From assembly GCA_038087875.1 (NCBI GenBank), contig JAXLNO010000620.1, forward strand, positions 124,001-188,000: a stretch of DNA of 64,000 nt, written 5' to 3'. This document shows positions 12,726 to 25,100 of this stretch, piece by piece; position 1 is the first letter of the stretch; each line of letters opens with the position of its first letter. The notes below the pieces were generated by a model, which was given only the letters and a program-made list of their open reading frames with translations, made no database searches and was not told where the DNA came from. The position numbers and the translations under genes were made by a program. This stretch comes from Malacoraja senta (lineage: Eukaryota).

Positions 12726-13086
12726 TGAATGTGATCAGGGTCTCCTGGTCTCACGTTTGTTGACCCTGGGACAGGTAGACCTCTCCTCCTGCATAGTGTC
12801 ACTCGGGGTGCCACCAGACTGGGGGTGGGCAGTGATGGCCTGGGTCTTCTCGTGGCCCCCGCACCTTCCTCTGCCTGGGTCCGATGTTCTGGATCACAGC
12901 GCAGCCACTGGGAGATATCCGGAGGCAGGAGATGTTGCACGGAGCTGGCGCTCTATGTTGTGGGGAGGGACAGCCGACAGACGATGGTCGTGGAGAGCCA
13001 GCGTCTGGGAGCAGTTTAGCAGCGAGGGAAAGCGGGCGTAGCGTGAAGCGAAGCCGTGATTCTCCGTCCGTGAGTCCAAGCCTGGC

Positions 13087-13138
13087 TCATGGGATGGGGC
13101 AGTTGGAGTTTCCAGTCACGATGAACCAGATCTCTCTG
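13087..13138 (-). CDS. SOUL copy A terminal exon (REIWFIVTGNSNCPIP*)
   Basis: Acceptor ttctgtttgaccttccag (CAGCAG tandem acceptor, both in frame), phase 2. Matches the SOUL C-terminal R-H-N-E-V-W-F/Y strand plus a terminal Cys. TGA at 13089-13087. Confidence 0.8.
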
Positions 13139-16100
13139 CTGGAAGGTCAAACAGAAACAGCTTAGACCTCGTGTGCTGGAAAGAGCTGTAGTTGCTGGTT
13201 TAAATCAACGATAGACACAAAATGCTGGAGTAACTCAGCGGGACAGGCAGCATCTCTGGAGACAAGGAATGGGTGACGTTTCGGGTCGAGACCTTTCTTC
13301 AGACACCCATTCTCTCCAGAGATGCTGCCTGTCTGAGTTACTCCAGCATTTTGTGTCTATCTTCAGCTTAGACCTCATGTTCCTCAGAGTAAATGTAGAA
13401 AGAAGGTGCAGGAGTAGGCCATTCGGCCCTTCGAGCTAGCAGTGCCATGATCATGGCTGATCATCCAAAATCAGTACCCCGTTCCTGATTTCTCCCCATA
13501 TCCCCTGACTCCACTATCTTTAAGAGCCCTATCTAACTCTCTCTTGAAAGCATCCAGAGAATTGGAATCAACTGCCTTCTGTGGCAGAGAATTCCACAGA
13601 TTCACAACTCTCTGGGTGAAAAAGTTTTTCCTCATCTTAGTCCAAAATGGTCTACCCTTATTCTTAAACTGTGACCACTGGTTCTGGACTCCCCCAACAT
13701 GAGGAACATTTTTCCTGCATCTCGCCTGTTAAATGCCTTAAGAATTTTATATGTTTCTATTAGATCCCTTCTCGTCCTTCTAAATTCCAGTGAATACAAG
13801 CCCAGTCGATCCATTCTTTCATCATATGTCAGTGAATATCATGGACCGTGCATATTGAAGCAATGGCCAAGGAAGCACAACGCCTCTACTTCCTTTGAAG
13901 GCTTAGGAAGTTCGGCATGTCCCCAACAACTCTCACCAACTTCTACAGATGCGCCAAAGAAAGCATTTTATCCGGATGCATCACAGCAAGGTTTGGGAAC
14001 AGCTCCATCCAAGCCCCGCAAGGAATTGCAAAGTTGTGGACGCAGCCCAGACCATCACAGAAAGCAACCTTCCTTCCATTGAATCCATCTACACCTCACG
14101 TTGCCTCCGCAAGGCCAGCAGCCCAGACCATCACACACACACAAACCAACCTCCCTCCCATTGACTCCATCTACACCTCACGCTGCCTCTGCAAGGCCAG
14201 CAGCCCAGACCATCACACACACAGGCCAACCTCCCTTCGATTGACACCATCTACACCTCACGCTGCCTCAGCAAGGCCAGCAGCATTATCAGGGACCAGT
14301 CTCACCCCGGCCACTCCCTCTTCTCCCGTCTCCCATCAGGCAAGAGGTACAGAAGTGTGAAAACGCACACCTCCAGATTCAGGGACAGTTTCTTCCCAGC
14401 TGTTCTCAGGCAACTGAACCATCCTCTCGCCAACTAGAGAGCGGTCCTGACCTCCCATCTACCTCATTGGAGACCCTTGGACAATCTTGCATTAAACATT
14501 GTTCCCTTGCATTAGGACCCTTCGTCTTGATCCGAAACGTCACCTATTCCTTCGCTCCATAGATGCTGCCTCACCCGCTGAGTTTCTCCATCACTTTTCT
14601 CTGCATTCACTGTCGATGTGTTGAGTTACGTTGCCTGTAACTTGTTACCAAATAGCTCACAGACAACGATGGACACACCATTTCCTTTATCATCCTTACT
14701 TTTTTCATACCTTTCATTCATTTGTTCTGTATCTCTCTACATCGCCGACTATATCTCTCATTTCCCTCTCCCCTGACTCTTCAGTCTGAAGAAGGGTCTC
14801 GACTAGGGTTTCCAACTTTCTCACTCCCAAATAAGGGACAAAAGGTCAAAATACGGGACAAATTCCCCACGGCAAATCGTTGACCGACTTGGCCGTGGCT
14901 GGGTAATGATGAGTTGGCCCCGGGTGCTGGACTGCACACAAAGCCCAGCCGGCGGGCCAGCTGAGGAGTTTTGGCCCGGCACCCCATCCAACTCATGAAC
15001 CGACAATCGGCCGTGAGAAGGAGGGGTGGTGGTGGTGGTGTCGCCGGTAAGCGAAGGTCCGAAGGTCAGACAGCTGGCCGGGCTGCCGACCGACCGACGG
15101 TGCCACGGGCGAGGCGCTGCTGCTGCTGCTGCTGCTGCACTCCATGGGCTGCACTACGGTGGGGGCCGGACGCGGCGCTCCGACCCGACAGTCCCTTCGA
15201 CCCGAGTAGTAGCGGTCAAATACGGGACAAGGGCGGTCCCGTACGGGACAAACCAATTTAGCCCAATATACGGGATGTCCTGGCTAATGCGGGACAGTTG
15301 GCAACCCTAGTCTCGACATGAAACGTCACCCATTGTTTCTCCTCCAGAGATGCTGCCTGTCCCACTGAGTTACTCCAACACTTTGTGCCTATCCTCGGTA
15401 CATGCCACCATCTGCAGTCTCCATCTCCACATCCAGACTCCAATGTTGGGTAAGCCATCTTCAGCCAGAATTGAAACCATGCGTGACCTCGTGCTGTCTG
15501 TCCCCCCGTGCATCCGTGTTGACGATGTCTCGTTCACACACGTGTGACAGACCGTGTCACGAACACGGACCCAGCGCGCCACATCCACTCACCTCCTCAG
15601 CCTCCCGCGACCAGGAGATCGGCGTCTCCTCGTATCAATCCCCGACCTACAGCGCCAGACAGGGAAGGAAACCAAGAATTAGGGAACGTTGGTATTCCCG
15701 TCACTCAACTTCTCCAGCCCAGGAATGAGTGGGTTAACCTACGATGAGCGTTTGTCGGCACTGGGCCTGTACTCGCTGGAGTTTAGAAGAATAAGGGGGG
15801 ACCTCATTGAAAAGTACCGAACAGTGAAAGGCCTGGATAGAGTGGACGTGGAGAGGATGTTTCCACTGGTGGGAGAGTCTTGGACTAGAGGTCATAGACT
15901 CATATTTAAAGGACGTTCTTTCAGGAAGGAGATGAGGAGAAATTTCTTTAGACAGAGGGTGGTAAATCTGTGGAATTCTTTGCCACAGAAGGCTGTGGAG
16001 GCCAAGTCAGTGGATATTTTTAAGGCAGAGATAGATGGATTTTTGATTAGTACGGGTGTCATAGGTTATGGGGAGAAGGCAGGAGAATGGGTTAAGGAGG

Positions 16101-19100
16101 GATTGAATGGCGGAGTAGATTTGATGGGCGAATGGTTTAATTCTACTGCTATCACATGACTTTATGACCATTCCCACACTGACCTTTCTGTCATGGGCCT
16201 CCTCCATTGTCAGCGAGGCCAAACGCAAATTGGAGGAACAGCGTTTTATATTTCGCTTGGGTAGATTACACCCCAGCGGTATGAATATGGATTTCTCAGC
16301 CGTGATTGAATGGCGGAGTAGACTTGATGGGCCTAATTGCTTAATTCTACTCCTATCACTTATGACCTTTTGATCCCCACCAACCCCTCTCTCCCCACCC
16401 CACCCCACCCCGTCCCTTCTCCCACTCACATGAAGTCCAACTCCTCCGCGGCCGAGCGTCTGCGTCTGTCCTCCTCGTCTTGGTCGCTGTCCCTGAGTGG
16501 GGAGACAGAGGGAGAGTTAGGGGTGGGGGGGAGTGTCAGACCCAGCCTATCTCTTCGAGTCCAGGCAACATCCTCGTAAACCTATGCTGGCGTTCCAGCT
16601 TCCCCCAGTCCCAAAAGCGCTTGCATCTTCCCGAGCCGGCCGCCTGCCCGTTTTCCGGGGTTACGTCCGCGCCCGGGTGGTGTTAGAGAGGGACTACGCG
16701 CTGTCCACAGGCGCTCTGGGGGATTTCCGGGACCGCTGGGCACCGCGGGGGGTTGAATGCATCCTTGCCAAGGATTAGCTTAGTTTAGTTTAGTTTAGAG
16801 ATACAGCTCGGAAACAGGCCCTTCGGCCCACCGGGTCCGTGCCGACCAGCGATCCCCGCACATTTAACACTATCCTACACCCACCTGGGACATTTTTTAC
16901 ATTTACCTAGCCAATGAACCTACAAACGCTGTACGTCTTTGGAGTGTGGGAGGAAACCGAGGATTTCGGAGAAAACCCACGCAGGTCATGGGGAGAGCGT
17001 GCAAACTCCGTACAGACAGCACCCGTAGGCGGGATCGAACCCGGATCTCCGGCGCTGCATTCGCTGTGAGGCAGCAACTCTACCGCTGCGCCACCGTGTA
17101 ACTAAGATAGTTGTGACCAGTCTCGATCCGAAACGTCACCTTTTCCTTCGCTCCATAGATGCTGCCTAACCCGCTGAGTTTCTCCATCATTTATATCTAC
17201 CTAAGATAGTTGTTTATCATTCGTCATGTATTATGGTGGTGGGTTCTGTTTTGTTTCTTTATTGTACTGTAGATATCATTTTAATATTTGAATACAAATT
17301 TTTGATTAAAATTTTTTTTTTAAAGCACATGCGTGACCCTGTTTGACCCCAGAGGGTAAAAGCTTAAGGTGAGAGGGGCAAAGTTTAAAGGAGATGTGCG
17401 GGGCAGGTTTTTTTACACAGAGAATGGCGAGTGTTTTGAGGTGGTGGTGGAGGTGGATATGATCGAGGCCTTAAAGAGGCTTTGAGATAAGGGCCTGTCC
17501 CAACATTAAGACCCGGAGCGGGGCCTTACATCACCCGGCGCGGGACTTGCCATCGCCCGGCGGGGGCTCCAACATTAAGACCCGGAGCGGGGCCTTACAT
17601 CGTCCGGCACGGCCTTATCGGCCGCGGGACTTGCCAACGCCTGCCGGGGGCGTTAACATCGGGAGAAAAATGGAACACAGAAAAGAGACAAGACTTTGCC
17701 TTCCATCACAGTGAGGAGATTCACTGTGATGGATGTTTGTGTAAATTGTGTTGCTGTGTGTCTTGGTCCTTTTCTTGTTGTATGACTGCAGAAACCAAAT
17801 TTTGTTTGAACTTCATACTTGAGGTTCAAATGACAATAAATAATTGTATTGTAGTGTACTTACCCGATTTTTTCGGCGACTGCCGGCACACGTCATAGTC
17901 GCAGCAGATTTCCGAAAATGTTCAACGTGTTGAAAATCCAGCGGCGACCAGAACAAGGTACGACTCTTTGAGCAACTACTCACGACCATACAGGCATCAC
18001 GCCGCGACATATCGCCAGGGGGACGCCTGTATGGCCGTGAGTCGTCTCCTCAGTCACCCAAAGAGTCGCAGCCTCTTTCTGGTCGCCGCTGAATTTTCAA
18101 CATGTTGAACATTTTCGGCAACCTATGACGGGTGCCGGCAGTCGCCGCAAAAGTTGCGTAAGTGGGACAGGCCCAACTTACTCGTGTTCAGTGCGGGACA
18201 TGGTGGGCCGAAGGGCCTGTTCCCGTGCTGTACTGTTCTACGTTGGATGACACTGCAGTAACTTGTGTCCATTCCCACCCCGGTCACACACACACACACA
18301 CACACACACGATGTCCCAGCTCACACTCACCCGGACGCATCTGACGCATCGTTACCGGCACTCCTGTCCCAGACGGGGAAGGAAACAAAGAATTAGGGAA
18401 CGTTCGTCACTCGGATTCCCCTGCCCACTCCCCCCCCCCCTCCCCCCGACTCGTGGACTGGAACGCCCATCAACGAGGGAGACTACACAGAGGGTGAGAC
18501 AATGCCCGGTCCATCACGGACACGCACCTCCCCACCATCGAAGGGAATGGTCGACGTTTCTGTCGAGGCCCTGCCTCAGGACTGAGTGCGAAGAGGGGGG
18601 GGGAATATAATCAGAGTAAATAGAGGAGGGAGAGGGGTGGGACAGGGGACAGATGTGATTGCTGGACCCTCAGATGCCCCTCAGGCTTCTATTAAATCCT
18701 TCCCCTCTCATCTTAATCTTTTGTCTGAAGAAGGGTCTCGACCCGAAACATCGCCCATTCCTTCCCTCCAGAGATGCTGCCTCACCCGCTGAGTTACTCC
18801 AGCATTTTGTGTCAACCTTAATCTTATGCCCTCTAGTTAATAAGATCATAAGTGATAGGAGCAGAATTAGGCCATTCGGCCCATCAGGTTGATTCAAGCA
18901 TTCAATCATGGCTGATCTATCTTTCTCAACCCCATTCTCCTACCTTCTCCCAATAACCCCTGACACCCATTATAATCAAGAAACTATCTGTCATTGCATT
19001 AAATATATCCACTGACGGCCTCCAAAGCCTTCTGTGGCAAAGAATTCCACATATTCAACACCCTCTGATTAAAGAATCTACTCCTCATCTCCTTCCTAAA

Positions 19101-22100
19101 GGTACGTGAATTAATTCTGAGACCAAATCTGGGCAAGTTGGGCCGAAGAGCCTGTTACCACACTGTATCGCTCTGCACTCGCTGCATTCGCTGTGAGGCA
19201 GCAACTCTACCGCTGCGCCACCGTGTAACTAAGATAGTTGTGACCAGTCTCGATCCGAAACGTCACCTTTTCCTTCGCTCCATAGATGCTGCCTAACCCG
19301 CTGAGTTTCTCCATCATTTATATCTACCTAAGATAGTTGTTTATCATTCGTCATGTATTATGGTGGTGGGTTCTGTTTTGTTTCTTTATTGTACTGTAGA
19401 TATCATTTTAATATTTGAATACAAATTTTTGATTAAAATTTTTTTTTTAAAGCACATGCGTGACCCTGTTTGACCCCAGAGGGTAAAAGCTTAAGGTGAG
19501 AGGGGCAAAGTTTAAAGGAGATGTGCGGGGCAGGTTTTTTTACACAGAGAATGGCGAGTGTTTTGAGGTGGTGGTGGAGGTGGATATGATCGAGGCCTTA
19601 AAGAGGCTTTGAGATAAGGGCCTGTCCCAACATTAAGACCCGGAGCGGGGCCTTACATCACCCGGCGCGGGACTTGCCATCGCCCGGCGGGGGCTCCAAC
19701 ATTAAGACCCGGAGCGGGGCCTTACATCGTCCGGCACGGCCTTATCGGCCGCGGGACTTGCCAACGCCTGCCGGGGGCGTTAACATCGGGAGAAAAATGG
19801 AACACAGAAAAGAGACAAGACTTTGCCTTCCATCACAGTGAGGAGATTCACTGTGATGGATGTTTGTGTAAATTGTGTTGCTGTGTGTCTTGGTCCTTTT
19901 CTTGTTGTATGACTGCAGAAACCAAATTTTGTTTGAACTTCATACTTGAGGTTCAAATGACAATAAATAATTGTATTGTAGTGTACTTACCCAATTTTTT
20001 CGGCGACTGCCGGCACACGTCATAGTCGCAGCAGATTTCCGAAAATGTTCAACGTGTTGAAAATCCAGCGGCGACCAGAACAAGGTACGACTCTTTGAGC
20101 AACTACTCACGACCATACAGGCATCACGCCGCGACATATCGCCAGGGGGACGCCTGTATGGCCGTGAGTCGTCTCCTCAGTCGCCCAAAGAGTTGCAGCC
20201 TCTTTCTGGTCGCCGCTGAATTTTCAACATGTTGAACATTTTCGGCAACCTATGACGGGTGCCGGCAGTCGCCGCAAAAGTTGCGTAAGTGGGACAGGCC
20301 CAACTTACTCGTGTTCAGTGCGGGACATGGTGGGCCGAAGGGCCTGTTCCCGTGCTGTACTGTTCTACGTTGGATGACACTGCGGTAACTTGTGTCCATT
20401 CCCACCCCGGTCACACACACACACACACACACACACGATGTCCCAGCTCACACTCACCCGGACGCATCTGACGCATCGCTACCGGCACTCCTGTCCCAGA
20501 CGGGGAAGGAAACAAAGAATTAGGGAACGTTCGTCACTCGGATTCCCCTGCCCACTCCCCCCCCCCTCCCCCCGACTCGTGGACTGGAACGCCCATCAAC
20601 GAGGGAGACTACACAGAGGGTGAGACAATGCCCGGTCCATCACGGACACGCACCTCCCCACCATCGAAGGGAATGGTCGACGTTTCTGTCGAGGCCCTGC
20701 CTCAGGACTGAGTGCGAAGAGGGGGGGGGAATATAATCAGAGTAAATAGAGGAGGGAGAGGGGTGGGACAGGGGACAGATGTGATTGCTGGACCCTCAGA
20801 TGCCCCTCAGGCTTCTATTAAATCCTTCCCCTCTCATCTTAATCTTTTGTCTGAAGAAGGGTCTCGACCCGAAACATCGCCCATTCCTTCCCTCCAGAGA
20901 TGCTGCCTCACCCGCTGAGTTACTCCAGCATTTTGTGTCAACCTTAATCTTATGCCCTCTAGTTAATAAGATCATAAGTGATAGGAGCAGAATTAGGCCA
21001 TTCGGCCCATCAGGTTGATTCAAGCATTCAATCATGGCTGATCTATCTTTCTCAACCCCATTCTCCTACCTTCTCCCAATAACCCCTGACACCCATTATA
21101 ATCAAGAAACTATCTGTCATTGCATTAAATATATCCACTGACGGCCTCCAAAGCCTTCTGTGGCAAAGAATTCCACATATTCAACACCCTCTGATTAAAG
21201 AATCTACTCCTCATCTCCTTCCTAAAGGTACGTGAATTAATTCTGAGACCAAATCTGGGCAAGTTGGGCCGAAGAGCCTGTTACCACACTGTATCGCTCT
21301 GCACTCGCTGCATTCGCTGTGAGGCAGCAACTCTACCGCTGCGCCACCGTGTAACTAAGATAGTTGTGACCAGTCTCGATCCGAAACGTCACCTTTTCCT
21401 TCGCTCCATAGATGCTGCCTAACCCGCTGAGTTTCTCCATCATTTATATCTACCTAAGATAGTTGTTTATCATTCGTCATGTATTATGGTGGTGGGTTCT
21501 GTTTTGTTTCTTTATTGTACTGTAGATATCATTTTAATATTTGAATACAAATTTTTGATTAAAATTTTTTTTTTAAAGCACATGCGTGACCCTGTTTGAC
21601 CCCAGAGGGTAAAAGCTTAAGGTGAGAGGGGCAAAGTTTAAAGGAGATGTGCGGGGCAGGTTTTTTTACACAGAGAATGGCGAGTGTTTTGAGGTGGTGG
21701 TGGAGGTGGATATGATCGAGGCCTTAAAGAGGCTTTGAGATAAGGGCCTGTCCCAACATTAAGACCCGGAGCGGGGCCTTACATCACCCGGCGCGGGACT
21801 TGCCATCGCCCGGCGGGGGCTCCAACATTAAGACCCGGAGCGGGGCCTTACATCGTCCGGCACGGCCTTATCGGCCGCGGGACTTGCCAACGCCTGCCGG
21901 GGGCGTTAACATCGGGAGAAAAATGGAACACAGAAAAGAGACAAGACTTTGCCTTCCATCACAGTGAGGAGATTCACTGTGATGGATGTTTGTGTAAATT
22001 GTGTTGCTGTGTGTCTTGGTCCTTTTCTTGTTGTATGACTGCAGAAACCAAATTTTGTTTGAACTTCATACTTGAGGTTCAAATGACAATAAATAATTGT

Positions 22101-25100
22101 ATTGTAGTGTACTTACCCAATTTTTTCGGCGACTGCCGGCACACGTCATAGTCGCAGCAGATTTCCGAAAATGTTCAACGTGTTGAAAATCCAGCGGCGA
22201 CCAGAACAAGGTACGACTCTTTGAGCAACTACTCACGACCATACAGGCATCACGCCGCGACATATCGCCAGGGGGACGCCTGTATGGCCGTGAGTCGTCT
22301 CCTCAGTCGCCCAAAGAGTCGCAGCCTCTTTCTGGTCGCCGCTGAATTTTCAACATGTTGAACATTTTCGGCAACCTATGACGGGTGCCGGCAGTCGCCG
22401 CAAAAGTTGCGTAAGTGGGACAGGCCCAACTTACTCGTGTTCAGTGCGGGACATGGTGGGCCGAAGGGCCTGTTCCCGTGCTGTACTGTTCTACGTTGGA
22501 TGACACTGCGGTAACTTGTGTCCATTCCCACCCCGGTCACACACACACACACACACACACACGATGTCCCAGCTCACACTCACCCGGACGCATCTGACGC
22601 ATCGCTACCGGCACTCCTGTCCCAGACGGGGAAGGAAACAAAGAATTAGGGAACGTTCGTCACTCGGATTCCCCTGCCCACTCCCCCCCCCCTCCCCCCG
22701 ACTCGTGGACTGGAACGCCCATCAACGAGGGAGACTACACAGAGGGTGAGACAATGCCCGGTCCATCACGGACACGCACCTCCCCACCATCGAAGGGAAT
22801 GGTCGACGTTTCTGTCGAGGCCCTGCCTCAGGACTGAGTGCGAAGAGGGGGGGGGAATATAATCAGAGTAAATAGAGGAGGGAGAGGGGTGGGACAGGGG
22901 ACAGATGTGATTGCTGGACCCTCAGATGCCCCTCAGGCTTCTATTAAATCCTTCCCCTCTCATCTTAATCTTTTGTCTGAAGAAGGGTCTCGACCCGAAA
23001 CATCGCCCATTCCTTCCCTCCAGAGATGCTGCCTCACCCGCTGAGTTACTCCAGCATTTTGTGTCAACCTTAATCTTATGCCCTCTAGTTAATAAGATCA
23101 TAAGTGATAGGAGCAGAATTAGGCCATTCGGCCCATCAGGTTGATTCAAGCATTCAATCATGGCTGATCTATCTTTCTCAACCCCATTCTCCTACCTTCT
23201 CCCAATAACCCCTGACACCCATTATAATCAAGAAACTATCTGTCATTGCATTAAATATATCCACTGACGGCCTCCAAAGCCTTCTGTGGCAAAGAATTCC
23301 ACATATTCAACACCCTCTGATTAAAGAATCTACTCCTCATCTCCTTCCTAAAGGTACGTGAATTAATTCTGAGACCAAATCTGGGCAAGTTGGGCCGAAG
23401 AGCCTGTTACCACACTGTATCGCTCTGCACTCGCTGCATTCGCTGTGAGGCAGCAACTCTACCGCTGCGCCACCGTGTAACTAAGATAGTTGTGACCAGT
23501 CTCGATCCGAAACGTCACCTTTTCCTTCGCTCCATAGATGCTGCCTAACCCGCTGAGTTTCTCCATCATTTATATCTACCTAAGATAGTTGTTTATCATT
23601 CGTCATGTATTATGGTGGTGGGTTCTGTTTTGTTTCTTTATTGTACTGTAGATATCATTTTAATATTTGAATACAAATTTTTGATTAAAATTTTTTTTTT
23701 AAAGCACATGCGTGACCCTGTTTGACCCCAGAGGGTAAAAGCTTAAGGTGAGAGGGGCAAAGTTTAAAGGAGATGTGCGGGGCAGGTTTTTTTACACAGA
23801 GAATGGCGAGTGTTTTGAGGTGGTGGTGGAGGTGGATATGATCGAGGCCTTAAAGAGGCTTTGAGATAAGGGCCTGTCCCAACATTAAGACCCGGAGCGG
23901 GGCCTTACATCACCCGGCGCGGGACTTGCCATCGCCCGGCGGGGGCTCCAACATTAAGACCCGGAGCGGGGCCTTACATCGTCCGGCACGGCCTTATCGG
24001 CCGCGGGACTTGCCAACGCCTGCCGGGGGCGTTAACATCGGGAGAAAAATGGAACACAGAAAAGAGACAAGACTTTGCCTTCCATCACAGTGAGGAGATT
24101 CACTGTGATGGATGTTTGTGTAAATTGTGTTGCTGTGTGTCTTGGTCCTTTTCTTGTTGTATGACTGCAGAAACCAAATTTTGTTTGAACTTCATACTTG
24201 AGGTTCAAATGACAATAAATAATTGTATTGTAGTGTACTTACCCGATTTTTTCGGCGACTGCCGGCACACGTCATAGTCGCAGCAGATTTCCGAAAATGT
24301 TCAACGTGTTGAAAATCCAGCGGCGACCAGAACAAGGTACGACTCTTTGAGCAACTACTCACGACCATACAGGCATCACGCCGCGACATATCGCCAGGGG
24401 GACGCCTGTATGGCCGTGAGTCGTCTCCTCAGTCGCCCAAAGAGTCGCAGCCTCTTTCTGGTCGCCGCTGAATTTTCAACATGTTGAACATTTTCGGCAA
24501 CCTATGACGGGTGCCGGCAGTCGCCGCAAAAGTTGCGTAAGTGGGACAGGCCCAACTTACTCGTGTTCAGTGCGGGACATGGTGGGCCGAAGGGCCTGTT
24601 CCCGTGCTGTACTGTTCTACGTTGGATGACACTGCGGTAACTTGTGTCCATTCCCACCCCGGTCACACACACACACACACACACACACGATGTCCCAGCT
24701 CACACTCACCCGGACGCATCTGACGCATCGTTACCGGCACTCCTGTCCCAGACGGGGAAGGAAACAAAGAATTAGGGAACGTTCGTCACTCGGATTCCCC
24801 TGCCCACTCCCCCCCCCCCCTCCCCCCGACTCGTGGACTGGAACGCCCATCAACGAGGGAGACTACACAGAGGGTGAGACAATGCCCGGTCCATCACGGA
24901 CACGCACCTCCCCACCATCGAAGGGAATGGTCGACGTTTCTGTCGAGGCCCTGCCTCAGGACTGAGTGCGAAGAGGGGGGGGGAATATAATCAGAGTAAA
25001 TAGAGGAGGGAGAGGGGTGGGACAGGGGACAGATGTGATTGCTGGACCCTCAGATGCCCCTCAGGCTTCTATTAAATCCTTCCCCTCTCATCTTAATCTT

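Noticed and set aside
9308..13087. A SOUL-B30.2 fusion protein
   Set aside because: The SOUL frame ends at TGA 13089-13087, and the downstream exon-like segment is phase 1 whereas the spacer exons are phase 2.
12580..13165. Several 60-150 aa ORFs on both strands
   Set aside because: They overlap the SOUL 3' UTR and a tandem repeat and have no recognisable domain.
15472..15508. Possible alternative last exon giving ..RR-QHEVTHGFNSG*, which looks like a pyroGlu/amidated peptide
   Set aside because: The acceptor has no polypyrimidine tract, and the exon at 13138-13087 gives a much better, SOUL-conserved ending. Probably a coincidence.
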